Origin: an uncultured Candidatus Poseidoniales archaeon
GTDB lineage: Archaea; Thermoplasmatota; Poseidoniia; Poseidoniales; Thalassarchaeaceae
Direction of reading: 5' to 3'
Assembly: GCA_964570065.1 (NCBI GenBank)
Contig: CAZMVZ010000002.1
Location: 20,813-84,812, forward strand
Length of the DNA: 64,000 bases
A model generated the notes under the pieces. The model was not told the origin of the DNA. It saw only the letters and a program-made list of their open reading frames with translations, and did not search any database. Made by a program: the position numbers and the translations under genes. Each line of letters opens with the position of its first letter. The stretch's first letter is position 1. Below are positions 27,159 to 37,254 of this stretch, piece after piece.

Positions 27159-27668
27159 TCAGACTCGTTCTACCTTGATGATCTTCTGAGGTGACGACGG
27201 CCTGTCACCAGGAAGTGTCTCTGTGGATTCGATTGACCTAACCACTTCCATCCCCTTGGCGACCTCTCCGAATACTGCATGTCTACCGTCGAGCCATGGA
27301 GTGACTACGGTGGTGAGGAAGAATTGCGACCCCCCGGTGTTCGGACCTGCATTTGCCATTGAGAAGATGCCTGGCTTGTCATGCTTCTTTCCCAATGCTG
27401 AAGGCTCACAAGGAATTTTCCAACCCGGACCCCCCGTCCCGGCCCTTCCATTGTTTGCATCACTGGAGTGGGGGCACCCTCCTTGGATCATGAAGTCCTT
27501 GATGACACGATGAAAGTGTAATCCGTCATAGAATCCGTCATCCACCAATTTTAGGAAATTCCCAGTAGTCTCTGGGCATTCATCAGTATACAACTCTATG
27601 TCAATTTCTCCAGCGCTTGTAGTCATCCTCACGTAAGTCATATTGTGTATCGGCCGTTCCAAGTTCAA
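27159..27668 (-). CDS. Peptidyl-prolyl cis-trans isomerase, cyclophilin type
   Basis: 'FHRVIKDFMIQGG', 'SMANAGPNTGGSQFF' and 'LDGRHAVFGEV' are present. Confidence 0.9.
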   Translation of the reverse strand: MNLERPIHNMTYVRMTTSAGEIDIELYTDECPETTGNFLKLVDDGFYDGLHFHRVIKDFMIQGGCPHSSDANNGRAGTGGPGWKIPCEPSALGKKHDKPGIFSMANAGPNTGGSQFFLTTVVTPWLDGRHAVFGEVAKGMEVVRSIESTETLPGDRPSSPQKIIKVERV

Positions 27669-27685
27669 TATGGTATGGTTGGTGG

Positions 27686-28084
27686 CTATGCTACCGTTGA
27701 ACCGGGAGGTGTCCCCTCTGGAAGCTCCAGAAGCCTAACAGTTCCGTCTGCATCGAGAGCACCCAGAATAAGGAATTGGGAAACGAACCCTGTCGGTAGT
27801 GTCTTTTCTCCAAGATTTATCGCGGCTACTACTGATCTGCCGATTAGCTGCGATCGGGAGTAGTTTGTGATTTGTGCAGAGCTCCATAGTTTTCCTACCA
27901 CGGGTCCGAAATCCACTCTAATCTTGTAAGACGGCTTTCTCATCTCCGGGAACTCTTGAACATCATCGATAACTCCAGACCTCATATCTATGGAGAAGAA
28001 CTCCCCTATCCCGATGTACTCCTTTCGATCTAGCTTGGAGGGATGATAAGGTAGGCTATCAGAGTCTATTTCATGCTGCCCCAT
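27686..28084 (-). CDS. tRNA-binding (OB-fold, CsaA/Trbp111-like) protein
   Basis: 'FFSIDMRSGVIDDVQEFPEMRKPSYKIRVDFGP..WSSAQITNYS..LIGRSVVAAINL' is CsaA-like. I moved the start to ATG 28084, just after the pyrE stop. Confidence 0.75.
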   Translation of the reverse strand: MGQHEIDSDSLPYHPSKLDRKEYIGIGEFFSIDMRSGVIDDVQEFPEMRKPSYKIRVDFGPVVGKLWSSAQITNYSRSQLIGRSVVAAINLGEKTLPTGFVSQFLILGALDADGTVRLLELPEGTPPGSTVA

Positions 28085-28088
28085 TTGT

Positions 28089-28673
28089 TCAACTCGCAAT
28101 TTCTGACTTGAGAGTAAGTGGGATGAGGGGGATTCCTGCTTCTTGAAATGCTTCCAAGCCCCCTTCCTGCCTGTCCAATATGGTGATGCAGGATGCCACA
28201 TCACATCCCATCTCCATTAGCCTCTTCGCTGCCTTCAATGCGGATCCTCCGGTAGTGGTCACATCTTCCAAGAGTACTATTCTGTGGCCCCTCTCAAGAC
28301 TTGAGCCCTCTATTCCAGGTGGGTTTCCTGTCTTCCTTCCTCCTCTTCCCTTGGGCTCCTTCCTAACTATGAATCCCTTGAGTGGGGAGCCTCGTCCAGC
28401 CTTTGCAATTGCAATCCCAGTGAGGGGGACTGCTCCCAGTTCGAGCCCCCCGACAGCATCTACTTGACCGATTGTCTCAATTTGGTGATGAATAAGCACC
28501 CCCAATAGATGGGCACATTCGGGATCCATCATCACTGGTTTCATGTCGAAGAAGTGCTTGCTCTTCCTTCCACTCGCAAGGGTAAAGTCCTCTTTTTCGG
28601 AGTAAAGATAGGCCAAGTCTCGAATCCTCTCGATCAGCCTTTCTCTCGCCTGCTCTACTGTAGTTGATGTCAT
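28089..28673 (-). CDS. pyrE: Orotate phosphoribosyltransferase
   Basis: The 'IVLLEDVTTTGGSALKA' PRPP-binding loop is present, together with 'FTLASGRKSKHFFD'. Confidence 0.9.
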   Translation of the reverse strand: MTSTTVEQARERLIERIRDLAYLYSEKEDFTLASGRKSKHFFDMKPVMMDPECAHLLGVLIHHQIETIGQVDAVGGLELGAVPLTGIAIAKAGRGSPLKGFIVRKEPKGRGGRKTGNPPGIEGSSLERGHRIVLLEDVTTTGGSALKAAKRLMEMGCDVASCITILDRQEGGLEAFQEAGIPLIPLTLKSEIAS

Positions 28674-28801
28674 TCTACCTGTTATGGCCTAGACGGAATG
28701 GGATGAAGGTTGCCTTAGTTGGAATGGATTTTCGACGAGATGGCGGTCAATGTTCTTGGACGGTCGTCTCCGAGTGGGGGGTGCTGTAGCGAGGAAGAGC
28801 C

Positions 28802-31800
28802 ATGACCAATAGCCCAAAAATCGCGGAAATGGACATTGACAGGCTCGAGTCAGAGCGAATTGCATACTATGAATCACTGGACGAGAGGATAGAGCAGGCA
28901 TATTCAATCGCTAGCGTTGCAAAGAAGAAGGGTTTGGATTTTTCAGAGTCGGTCGAAATTCCCAGAGCATCTGATTTGGCAAGCAGGACGGAGAAGCTAC
29001 TCGAAGACCCGTACCTATTCATTGACCCGACAAAGCGGAGTCGCCCGCCTTTGAAAATCGAGGGTCACCTCAGGAGTCTTCTCCAGGAGCACGACAGGGA
29101 AACAGCGGCAATCATGATCGCAATTTCTGTGACTAAGGAAATGCATGCGGCAACCGGTGATAGAAGGAGGGCCATAGACTCTGGTCTGAGAGTTGGGCTT
29201 GCAGTACTTACCGAAGCAGTCCTGGTTGCTCCTCTGGATGGAATTGGGGATGTCAGAATCATGAACAATGCTGATGGTTCTGAGTTTCTTTCAATCGACT
29301 TCTGTGGGCCAATCCGGGCTGCAGGGGGTACAGCCCAAGCCCTAGGTGTCCTCATTGGGGACATTCTGCGAAGGGAAATTGGAGTAGGCAGGTACATCCC
29401 AACAATCCCCGAAGTGGAGAGAGTGAAGGAAGAATTTGGACTATATCGGGCCAATCTCCAATACAAGCCTCCTCCTGAGGAGACGGAGACTATTGTCAAA
29501 GAGTGCCCGGTAATGATTAACGGCGAAGAGACAGAGAGAATGGAATGTGCTGGCTACAAAGAAGTCAAGAACATAGTCAATGAAAATGGCACCTTCAGAA
29601 CCAGAGTTAGGGGTGGCGTAATGTTGGTAATTGGTGAAGGGTTGTGCCTCAAGGCACCAAAAATTCAGGCTCACACGGAGAGGCTGGACGTCCCGGGTTG
29701 GGAATTCATTTCCGAATTCGTTGACAAGCAGAAGGGTGGAGACTCCAAGGGACCGGAGGAGAAGCGAAGGCTGATCAAAAAGGAGGGAAAATACATGGAA
29801 GACGTGATTGCTGGAAGACCGGTTTTTGGTGAACCGCGTGAGCCTGGTGGATTCCGACTCAGATATGGGAGAAGCAGGGCGACTGGACTCGCTGCTGCAG
29901 GTATTAATCCGATTACGATGGAGGCAATGGGGGGTTTTCTGGCAGTTGGCACTCAAATGAAGATTGAGGGGCCTGGTAAGGCATGTGCAGTCACCCCCTG
30001 CATTGAGATTGATGGGCCGACCGTGCTCAAGAAGGACGGAAAGTTCCTGAGGGTATGTTCTGAGAACCAATGGACTGAGTGTGAAGGTGAGCTGGATTCA
30101 ATTTGGGATGCTGGGGAAATACTGCTGGGTTATGGGGAATTCCTAGAGAACAACAAACCACTGGCCCCCTCATCATACTCCATAGATTGGTGGGCGGTAG
30201 ATGTTGCAGATTCGCTTGACACACATGAAAAGGTCGAGGAATTCTCTGATATTCTTGGAGTGAAAAGGTCCGAGCTCCCTCCTGGAATGCCCTTCAATGG
30301 AGCAATTAAACGTGGGGGAGAGTCATCGTTGGAGAGATATTGGAGACGGAGGGAATGGATTTCTTTCCTCAAGGTTTTGGACCTATCTTGGAGTCGGGTT
30401 CGAGACATCGCGATTTGTCACGGCACGGCTGTCCCCCCTCCTTGGAATCATTGGTGGTCTGATCTACCAATTCAGTTCGTTCCTGAATTAGTTGATTCGA
30501 TAATTGAGAAAGGATGTATCGAAGATTCGATGCTTAGAATTAGAGATGTAGTGGCTGGATGGCCATACTCGCCGGATGGGGAAAAAATCTCTTTCGGGCA
30601 ACCGATATTGGGGGAGTGGCCTCGTTGGACAGAAATATCACGACATGGACTGGTCAAATCATCTCTAATGACACTGGGAATAGAGCATCTACACGAAGGC
30701 GCAGACATATTGGTTCCAAAACACTGGGAGAGTCTATTGGATGGACTGGGGCTGGATGATTCTCTTGGGAAGATTGTTGCCCGGAAGGACGTGAAGCCTA
30801 TCGTATCTGATATTGCAGACAAGATCTCCAACTACCAAAATGAGGTTCGATCTGCTGAACTGGGTTCAGAAGGGCTGGAGGCACGGAGTAGATTGGATGA
30901 CTACCTAGTAGAGCGAACTCTGCAAATAGTCAGAAGAGTCTCCGTTCTTCCCAGATGGGAGGATTCAATCCCCTGTAGAATTGGGGCTAGGATGGGGAGA
31001 CCGGAGAAATCGGGAGCCAGGGAGATGAGTCCCCTCGTACACTCGATATTCCCGATTGGTGAGAATGGAGGGCCACAGAGGCTAGTATCAGAAGCCTCGA
31101 AAAAGGGATCAATTAGAATCGTGGTAGGTCCTAGGATCTGCCAGACATGCGGGAAGGAAAGCCCGCATGTCACATGTCATCACAGACCGGATCCATCTGA
31201 GCCAGTGGAATGCGGCGGGAAGACTGTCAGTGCCCCTAGAAGGAAGAGGGGGAGAAGGAAAGGGGAGAGGACCGCTGTAAATATTGGTTCCATTATCGAG
31301 GCAAAGAGAAGGAAGCTTGGACTGGATAGAATCCCAAAGAAGATCAAAGCCGTCAAGGGACTATTCTCCGAAGAGCAGTCTCCTGAGCAATTGGAGAAGG
31401 GAATTCTCAGAGGTCTGCACGGAGTTTCTGTTTTCAGAGACGGAACCTCTAGATTTGACATGAGTGATGTCCCGGTCACACACTTCAAACCATCAGAAAT
31501 AAAGACACCATGGAAGAGATTGGTGGAACTGGGTTATACTCACGATTTCATGGGAGATCCATTGAAGAATGACGATCAGATACTGGAGTTGCTACCTCAG
31601 GACTTCATTCCTTCTAGTTTGGCTTCCGACCACCTTCTATCCACTTGCTCATTTGTTGATGACCTACTGGTTAGGTTCTATGGGATGGGTGCTTTCTACG
31701 AGGCAAAGAGTCTGGACGACATAGTGGGGCATATCGCCATTGGCCTCGCTCCCCACACCTCTGGAGGGGTTGCATGCAGAATCATCGGTTGGACTGATGC

Positions 31801-32653
31801 TTCCGCTGGGTATGCCCACCCCCTCTTCCATGCTGCAAAGAGGCGGAATTGCGATGGTGACGAAGACAGCATAATGATGCTGATGGATGGTTTGCTAAAC
31901 TTCACTCAAACGATACTACCGGCAAACAGAGGAGGGAGGATGGATGCCCCCCTTGTCCTGACAACTAGATTGAATCCGAGTGAAATTGACAAGGAGGCAT
32001 TGAACGTGGACTGCTCTTGGAGTTACAGCAGGGAGTTCTACGAGTCGACCCTTGGACAACCACATCCAAAGGAGGTCCGGGGTTTGGTGGATATAGTCGA
32101 GAATAGGCTTGGGATGATCGGAGAAATACGAGGGTATGGGTGGACTCATGATTCTGGTCCACTGGACGCTGGTCCGGAAAACTCCTCTTACAAGACTCTC
32201 GTTACCATGAAGGACAAGTTGGACAGTCAGTTGAGTCTGGGGAGGTTGTTGCGTCCTGTTGCGGCAGAGAGAGTCGCGAAACAAGTGATTGAGTCTCACT
32301 TCCTACCAGACATGAGGGGGAACCTGATGGCATACACGAGACAGAAGATTAGATGCGTAAAATGTGGCGAGTCGTACCGTAGGATGCCGCTGGCGGGAAA
32401 GTGCATCAAGCACAAGGCTAGGCCTTCAGGTGGTTTCACAGGAGGGGAAATAGACTCCGGATGCGGTGGAAACATTGTACTTACTGTCTCAGAGGGAGCA
32501 GTCAGGAAGTATATCCAGATCACCGAGGAAGTGATGGAGGAATATGGAGTGGATGACTACACGAAGCAGAGGGTCGGATGGATGTCGTCGAGTGTAGATT
32601 CGCTGTTCAACAACGACAGGGTCACTGTGATGACCCTAGAGGACTTCATCTGA
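28802..32653 (+). CDS. polC: DNA polymerase II (PolD) large subunit DP2
   Basis: The 1,283-aa protein has an N-terminal 'YYESLDERIEQAYSIASVAKKKGLD' and Zn modules 'CQTCGKESPHVTCH' and 'CVKCGESYRRMPLAGKC'. The catalytic region includes 'AKRRNCDGDEDS'. No intein-like insertion is obvious. Confidence 0.95.
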   Translation: MTNSPKIAEMDIDRLESERIAYYESLDERIEQAYSIASVAKKKGLDFSESVEIPRASDLASRTEKLLEDPYLFIDPTKRSRPPLKIEGHLRSLLQEHDRETAAIMIAISVTKEMHAATGDRRRAIDSGLRVGLAVLTEAVLVAPLDGIGDVRIMNNADGSEFLSIDFCGPIRAAGGTAQALGVLIGDILRREIGVGRYIPTIPEVERVKEEFGLYRANLQYKPPPEETETIVKECPVMINGEETERMECAGYKEVKNIVNENGTFRTRVRGGVMLVIGEGLCLKAPKIQAHTERLDVPGWEFISEFVDKQKGGDSKGPEEKRRLIKKEGKYMEDVIAGRPVFGEPREPGGFRLRYGRSRATGLAAAGINPITMEAMGGFLAVGTQMKIEGPGKACAVTPCIEIDGPTVLKKDGKFLRVCSENQWTECEGELDSIWDAGEILLGYGEFLENNKPLAPSSYSIDWWAVDVADSLDTHEKVEEFSDILGVKRSELPPGMPFNGAIKRGGESSLERYWRRREWISFLKVLDLSWSRVRDIAICHGTAVPPPWNHWWSDLPIQFVPELVDSIIEKGCIEDSMLRIRDVVAGWPYSPDGEKISFGQPILGEWPRWTEISRHGLVKSSLMTLGIEHLHEGADILVPKHWESLLDGLGLDDSLGKIVARKDVKPIVSDIADKISNYQNEVRSAELGSEGLEARSRLDDYLVERTLQIVRRVSVLPRWEDSIPCRIGARMGRPEKSGAREMSPLVHSIFPIGENGGPQRLVSEASKKGSIRIVVGPRICQTCGKESPHVTCHHRPDPSEPVECGGKTVSAPRRKRGRRKGERTAVNIGSIIEAKRRKLGLDRIPKKIKAVKGLFSEEQSPEQLEKGILRGLHGVSVFRDGTSRFDMSDVPVTHFKPSEIKTPWKRLVELGYTHDFMGDPLKNDDQILELLPQDFIPSSLASDHLLSTCSFVDDLLVRFYGMGAFYEAKSLDDIVGHIAIGLAPHTSGGVACRIIGWTDASAGYAHPLFHAAKRRNCDGDEDSIMMLMDGLLNFTQTILPANRGGRMDAPLVLTTRLNPSEIDKEALNVDCSWSYSREFYESTLGQPHPKEVRGLVDIVENRLGMIGEIRGYGWTHDSGPLDAGPENSSYKTLVTMKDKLDSQLSLGRLLRPVAAERVAKQVIESHFLPDMRGNLMAYTRQKIRCVKCGESYRRMPLAGKCIKHKARPSGGFTGGEIDSGCGGNIVLTVSEGAVRKYIQITEEVMEEYGVDDYTKQRVGWMSSSVDSLFNNDRVTVMTLEDFI

Positions 32654-33638
32654 TTAGGTATGCAAGAGGGTCGCCAAGAAGCAGCATCGGCAGAATTGCC
32701 AAGAATAGGTACACCAGGAAGGGGTGCTTCCTGGTAATCCAGACGCTATCCAAGCCCATTTCCTCCAATAGTGCCAAATCGGCTTCCCTCTCTGTGCCAA
32801 TGGTCGACTTGCTGGACGGGAGGATTCGGTTCACAACGGCGTTTTCACCGTTCTTCTGGGTTATCTCGGTTAGAATCCAAGATGGGTTGTCATCCATTTC
32901 TGAGAATTGGCTAACCTCGGAGATTTTCTCCTTGGTGGCGTGCCATGCCATCTTCAAATCGGGGATAGAGGTGATGTTGCCCCTGGTTGCATTGTGAATG
33001 AAAATCACGGGTGGTGCGATGAGGAATGCTGCTGCTGCCCATACGAACATGACCATAGATGGTGGCATCCTGAATATTGGGTCTTCAGCTAGTGGGTAAA
33101 TCTGCTCGGGAACGAAAGCCCAAGATGGGAAGAAGAGTGTCACTAGTATGAGCGCCTTCACATCCGCACCTCCTGGTATTAGTCCGAATCTCCATGAGCC
33201 GTAGAATACGGTTGCAGTCAATAACGCCCCGATCATGCTCCACCAAAGTGCGGTGTTAGGGGACTCGTCGCCGAGTAGCAGATCGACAAAGTCTGTTTCG
33301 GAGTATGAAATCGCACCGCCAACCAGACCCAAGGCACCTATGGAATAGAACACCGAGAGGATCGCCTCTCGTCGACCCCATTCTCCTAATTCTCTGGGGT
33401 CAGGAGGAGGCGAGAAGCAGAATGAGAAGATAGTCAATAGGGCGAAGGTCATGCATATGTTCTCAATCCCTGCGTTTGATGAGGTCAACTCGAGCAATAG
33501 TACCAGGGAGGCCGGTATTGACCATCTGATCCAGTGATCATCCCGGACAGAGAGAGTTTGGAAATCTGATCTAGCCGCTGCGAACATGCATAGAACGAGA
33601 AGAGATATCCGGAGAGTCGAGAGGAGTGGGTCGGCCAT
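32646..33638 (-). CDS. flaK: Preflagellin/prepilin peptidase (A24 family, FlaK/PibD-like)
   Basis: This is a polytopic membrane protein. The first Asp sits in 'AAARSDFQTLSVRD' and the second in 'LIPGGADVKALILV' (GxGD-type). It is the last gene of the archaellum cluster. A soluble insert of about 90 aa lies before the last helix. Confidence 0.7.
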   Translation of the reverse strand: MADPLLSTLRISLLVLCMFAAARSDFQTLSVRDDHWIRWSIPASLVLLLELTSSNAGIENICMTFALLTIFSFCFSPPPDPRELGEWGRREAILSVFYSIGALGLVGGAISYSETDFVDLLLGDESPNTALWWSMIGALLTATVFYGSWRFGLIPGGADVKALILVTLFFPSWAFVPEQIYPLAEDPIFRMPPSMVMFVWAAAAFLIAPPVIFIHNATRGNITSIPDLKMAWHATKEKISEVSQFSEMDDNPSWILTEITQKNGENAVVNRILPSSKSTIGTEREADLALLEEMGLDSVWITRKHPFLVYLFLAILPMLLLGDPLAYLIR

Positions 33639-33683
33639 GCCGATAGGCTAACCTCCGGTGTCATCAAGGCTTCTGCGCTATCG

Positions 33684-35486
33684 CTAGCCGGCGGTTTGGA
33701 ATAGGCCGACAGACTGATCCAGTATCCATGCACTGAAGAAATTCGCAATTCCGGCAATCCACATCATCTGAATCATCTGCCCAAGGACGAGGGTCGTGCC
33801 CCCTCCCCTGATCCTCGCAGTGATAAGCCCGAGTACCACGATGGAAATCACCACTAAGAATGAACCCATGTAAGTGAAGACCCGGATATTCTGCTCAATT
33901 CCACCGGTCTCCGATAGAGCAGGGAGGGCCACATCTACGCCACCGGCGGCTGTTCCCACCTCCCCCGTGCTATCCACTAGCCCCTGGGCGACCGATGCGA
34001 TCGTCTCTCCCAGTCCTGCTATGATGGAAGTTGTGATGTTCAGTGCGATGATCATAGCAATCAGTAGGCCATAGGACACACTCCTCATCACATTGGCAGA
34101 TATCTGTCTCCTCTGCCGCAGTCCGAGGAGGGTGGTCGTGCTTTGGGAGACCATGTCCCCAACAAGACCAGCCTCTCCGGTAGAGGATGAGCCTTCGATG
34201 AACACCCTCGTGAATCGTGAGACGAGCATCGAGTTGTTATCGGCTGCGAACCAGTCCCATGAGTAATCGCTGTCGATCCTCATCGAAAGCCGCTTCTCCA
34301 GATTGGAGATTGAGTTGTCAAGTGCCCCGAAGTCGATACCCGAGAGAGCTTTCACCATAGCACTTGGCTCCTGTGCCCTTGCCTGAGCAGTACCGCCGAA
34401 AGCCCTAATGAACTCGGGGAATGCCTCGTCTCTCCTCCTCACTCGCGCCTCCTCCTGTTGGACGAGCAGTGATGGTGCTAGGAGAGGGGACATCATTGCT
34501 GCGATAACGAGAAGGCCATAGTACTTCCATTGACTGAATAGGATGTCTGTCCCGAAGACGAAGAATACCCCCAGAAGCATGGATACCATCATGACCCCAA
34601 GGATCGCGGCGAAAATCCACGATCTTCGCATATCGATAGCCTGATCGGTGTTGAAGCCGTGCTTGGCGAACAGGTCCTCATCTGGGATCACCAGTGTGAA
34701 CAGATACCACGCACCTACCTGTAGCACGGCGAACATTAGCCCCGCCAAGAGGACCCACCGAGCCCTTAGGATTACTTCGAACGGATTGTTGGTATCTGCT
34801 CCCGTCTGGAAGAGGATTAGGTGGAGTCCCGCTACCACCAGCAGAAGCAGGCCCGTGGTGGTAAGAGATACGAAAGTCTCCCTGAGAGTGTCAAGCTGCT
34901 CTAGTCTGGCATCGTAGATAGTTGTAAATGCCTGGTCGAATGTCTCGTTCTCGCTGGAGAAGAACTCTCCGATAGGCTGGCCGACCTCCACAGAGAAAGC
35001 CATTCTATCCAGGAAATCGCTCCAGATCGCGGATGGGCTCTGACGCCCTACAATCCTAGCTGCCTCGGGCAGATTTGTGTGCCACTTGGTCACTAGGGTC
35101 TCAATCGCTTGGATCTCATGTGCAAGGGCACCGTAGTCGCCCATCTCCTTCAGAACGTCGAACATCCCCTTCTCTGCGGATTCGCCCATCGAGAGAATCC
35201 CCATCCTTGTCATGAACATGTGCATGTCCTGCTCGATCTGGATAGCCTCTGCGGAGACCTGTGCTACTGGGTATGCTATCGTCGCAGAGAAAGAGAGTAG
35301 GGGGAAAACAAGTATCAGGAAGACTGCGCTGGCACCGGTAATGACATCGCTAACCGTGAACCAGACCGCGAGGCCTGCGATTAGCCCAAGCATCGTCGCA
35401 GGGAAGGAGAAGAAGAGCAGGTATCTGCTGAATGGCATCCCAAGTCGCAGGAGAGCGATTTCCCAGGTGGTCGCCTTGTCCTCCAT
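33684..35486 (-). CDS. flaJ: Archaellum assembly membrane protein FlaJ/ArlJ (TadC/GspF-like)
   Basis: The 600-aa polytopic protein has two cytoplasmic domains and lies immediately downstream of flaI. Confidence 0.85.
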   Translation of the reverse strand: MEDKATTWEIALLRLGMPFSRYLLFFSFPATMLGLIAGLAVWFTVSDVITGASAVFLILVFPLLSFSATIAYPVAQVSAEAIQIEQDMHMFMTRMGILSMGESAEKGMFDVLKEMGDYGALAHEIQAIETLVTKWHTNLPEAARIVGRQSPSAIWSDFLDRMAFSVEVGQPIGEFFSSENETFDQAFTTIYDARLEQLDTLRETFVSLTTTGLLLLVVAGLHLILFQTGADTNNPFEVILRARWVLLAGLMFAVLQVGAWYLFTLVIPDEDLFAKHGFNTDQAIDMRRSWIFAAILGVMMVSMLLGVFFVFGTDILFSQWKYYGLLVIAAMMSPLLAPSLLVQQEEARVRRRDEAFPEFIRAFGGTAQARAQEPSAMVKALSGIDFGALDNSISNLEKRLSMRIDSDYSWDWFAADNNSMLVSRFTRVFIEGSSSTGEAGLVGDMVSQSTTTLLGLRQRRQISANVMRSVSYGLLIAMIIALNITTSIIAGLGETIASVAQGLVDSTGEVGTAAGGVDVALPALSETGGIEQNIRVFTYMGSFLVVISIVVLGLITARIRGGGTTLVLGQMIQMMWIAGIANFFSAWILDQSVGLFQTAG

Positions 35487-35497
35487 TTGACCACAAC

Positions 35498-37243
35498 CTA
35501 GTGATTAATTCCAGTCCATGTCTCAATAGAGGAGGCGAACCTATCCCATCCTTCCTTGTAGTAGACGTCCAGAAGGTCGAACACGTCGTCGTAATGAGTG
35601 AGGTCGCGGTCGCACATAACCTGAATTGCCTTGGTCCTCCTATCAAGCTCGTCGTAGATGTCCCTCTTACTCCTGAATCCCATCCTAGGTGCGATCTTGT
35701 TCTCCAGCATGTCTGATTGGAACATCCCCCTGAAGTAGACCTCGTCCGCAACTGGATCCCACTCGAACATGTTCCGAGTCAGGATTCCATCTGCGGTCTT
35801 GTCGAATCCGATGACCTCGCTTACTCCGGTGATCCTCCGTGCAATCCCACCTCCAGGCGCCTCGACGACTTCTTGGAAGATTGCGAAATTGAGATTGTCG
35901 AAGAATCGGGCTGGGACGTTGATGGGGTCTCCAGTAAATCTCTGAATCAGTTTGACTATGTTTGAGGCGTGGAATGTTCCCATGACTGGGTGCCCTGTCT
36001 GCATTGCTTGGAAGGCGATTGCGCCCTCCACACCCCTAATCTCGCCGATGATGATGTATCGGGGCCTGGATCTGAGGGCAGCCTTCAACAAGTCGAACAT
36101 CTCCACCCTGGAGTCCTCGTTCTTCGAGTCTCTGGTGATCAGTCGCTGCCAGATGGTGTGGGCGACCTTCACCTCGGGAGTGTCCTCTGCGGTGTATATC
36201 TTCACGTTGTGATCGATGAACGGGAGAACGGCATTGAGAGTAGTTGTCTTCCCGGATGCGGTCTCTCCGGATACCAGACACGACATCCCCGACTCTAGCC
36301 CTAGCCAGATATAGGCAGCCATCTGGGCGGATAGCGTCTTCCACTTGATCAACTGGATGATTGAGATAGTTTCCTCGGCGAACTTCCTGATAGTGAACGA
36401 AGAGCCCTGAATCGACACGTCATCGCTGTAGATGATGTTTATTCTCGAGCCGTCTAGTAGGGCCCCGTCGACGATTGGCTTGCTGTCGGAGACTGGTCTC
36501 CCGATCCGCTCTGACATCGATCTGAGGTACTTGGTAAGTAGTTCCTGGTCCTTGAATGCGATGTTCGATGTCAGCATCGGGAATACCTTGTGGTCCATGT
36601 TAATCCTCGTAAGCCCGATGGAGTGTATGTCCTCTAGCATCTCGTCAGCCAGAAGCGTCTCTAGTGGGCCGTTGTTGACCAGATCCCTCACTACGACGTA
36701 CTTCAGCCGGTCGAGTTGCTCTGGCGTCACCTTGAGTGGCGCCTCTCCCAATCCGATTAGTTCCCTGGCTTGGTTGACTAGGGGGTTGGAAAGCAGAGAA
36801 GATGTAGTGGTGGTGGTCATCTCGTCCATCATCTCGTGGATCATAGCGATGAACTCGGCGTCGTTATCGAAGCGTTCCTTCTGAGGGGCATCTCGGAGCA
36901 GTCTCTCTACGATCTGATCCCTGATATCCTCCTCCTCTGGAGTGATGGCTGGCTCTAGGCCGAACCAGAAGGTGTTACCGGCACCCTCGGCTCCCTCGGG
37001 AGGGGAGTAGACGTGTGCGAAGCATGGTGGCCTGGTAGCGTAGATCAGGTTCCGGGGGCTGACGCTCTTCGCATCCCTGTCTAGGGGACCGTAGTATATC
37101 GGTCTGGAACCGTGCTCTGCCTCGAAAGTCTCGACCCACTCGCGGATGTGTGGGTATTCGGCCATAAGCCCGCCCAAGTCACCTGGCTCGATTTTGAATG
37201 TCGGCTCTTCTGGTTCTTTTCCCTCTTCCTGCTCTGTGACCAT
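35498..37243 (-). CDS. flaI: Archaellum ATPase FlaI/ArlI (type II/IV secretion ATPase)
   Basis: Walker A 'VSGETASGKTTTLNAV', the Asp box 'IYTAEDTPE', Walker B 'RPRYIIIGEIRG' and the His box 'GHPVMGTFHA' are present. Confidence 0.95.
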   Translation of the reverse strand: MVTEQEEGKEPEEPTFKIEPGDLGGLMAEYPHIREWVETFEAEHGSRPIYYGPLDRDAKSVSPRNLIYATRPPCFAHVYSPPEGAEGAGNTFWFGLEPAITPEEEDIRDQIVERLLRDAPQKERFDNDAEFIAMIHEMMDEMTTTTTSSLLSNPLVNQARELIGLGEAPLKVTPEQLDRLKYVVVRDLVNNGPLETLLADEMLEDIHSIGLTRINMDHKVFPMLTSNIAFKDQELLTKYLRSMSERIGRPVSDSKPIVDGALLDGSRINIIYSDDVSIQGSSFTIRKFAEETISIIQLIKWKTLSAQMAAYIWLGLESGMSCLVSGETASGKTTTLNAVLPFIDHNVKIYTAEDTPEVKVAHTIWQRLITRDSKNEDSRVEMFDLLKAALRSRPRYIIIGEIRGVEGAIAFQAMQTGHPVMGTFHASNIVKLIQRFTGDPINVPARFFDNLNFAIFQEVVEAPGGGIARRITGVSEVIGFDKTADGILTRNMFEWDPVADEVYFRGMFQSDMLENKIAPRMGFRSKRDIYDELDRRTKAIQVMCDRDLTHYDDVFDLLDVYYKEGWDRFASSIETWTGINH

Positions 37244-37254
37244 TCAAACCCCTC

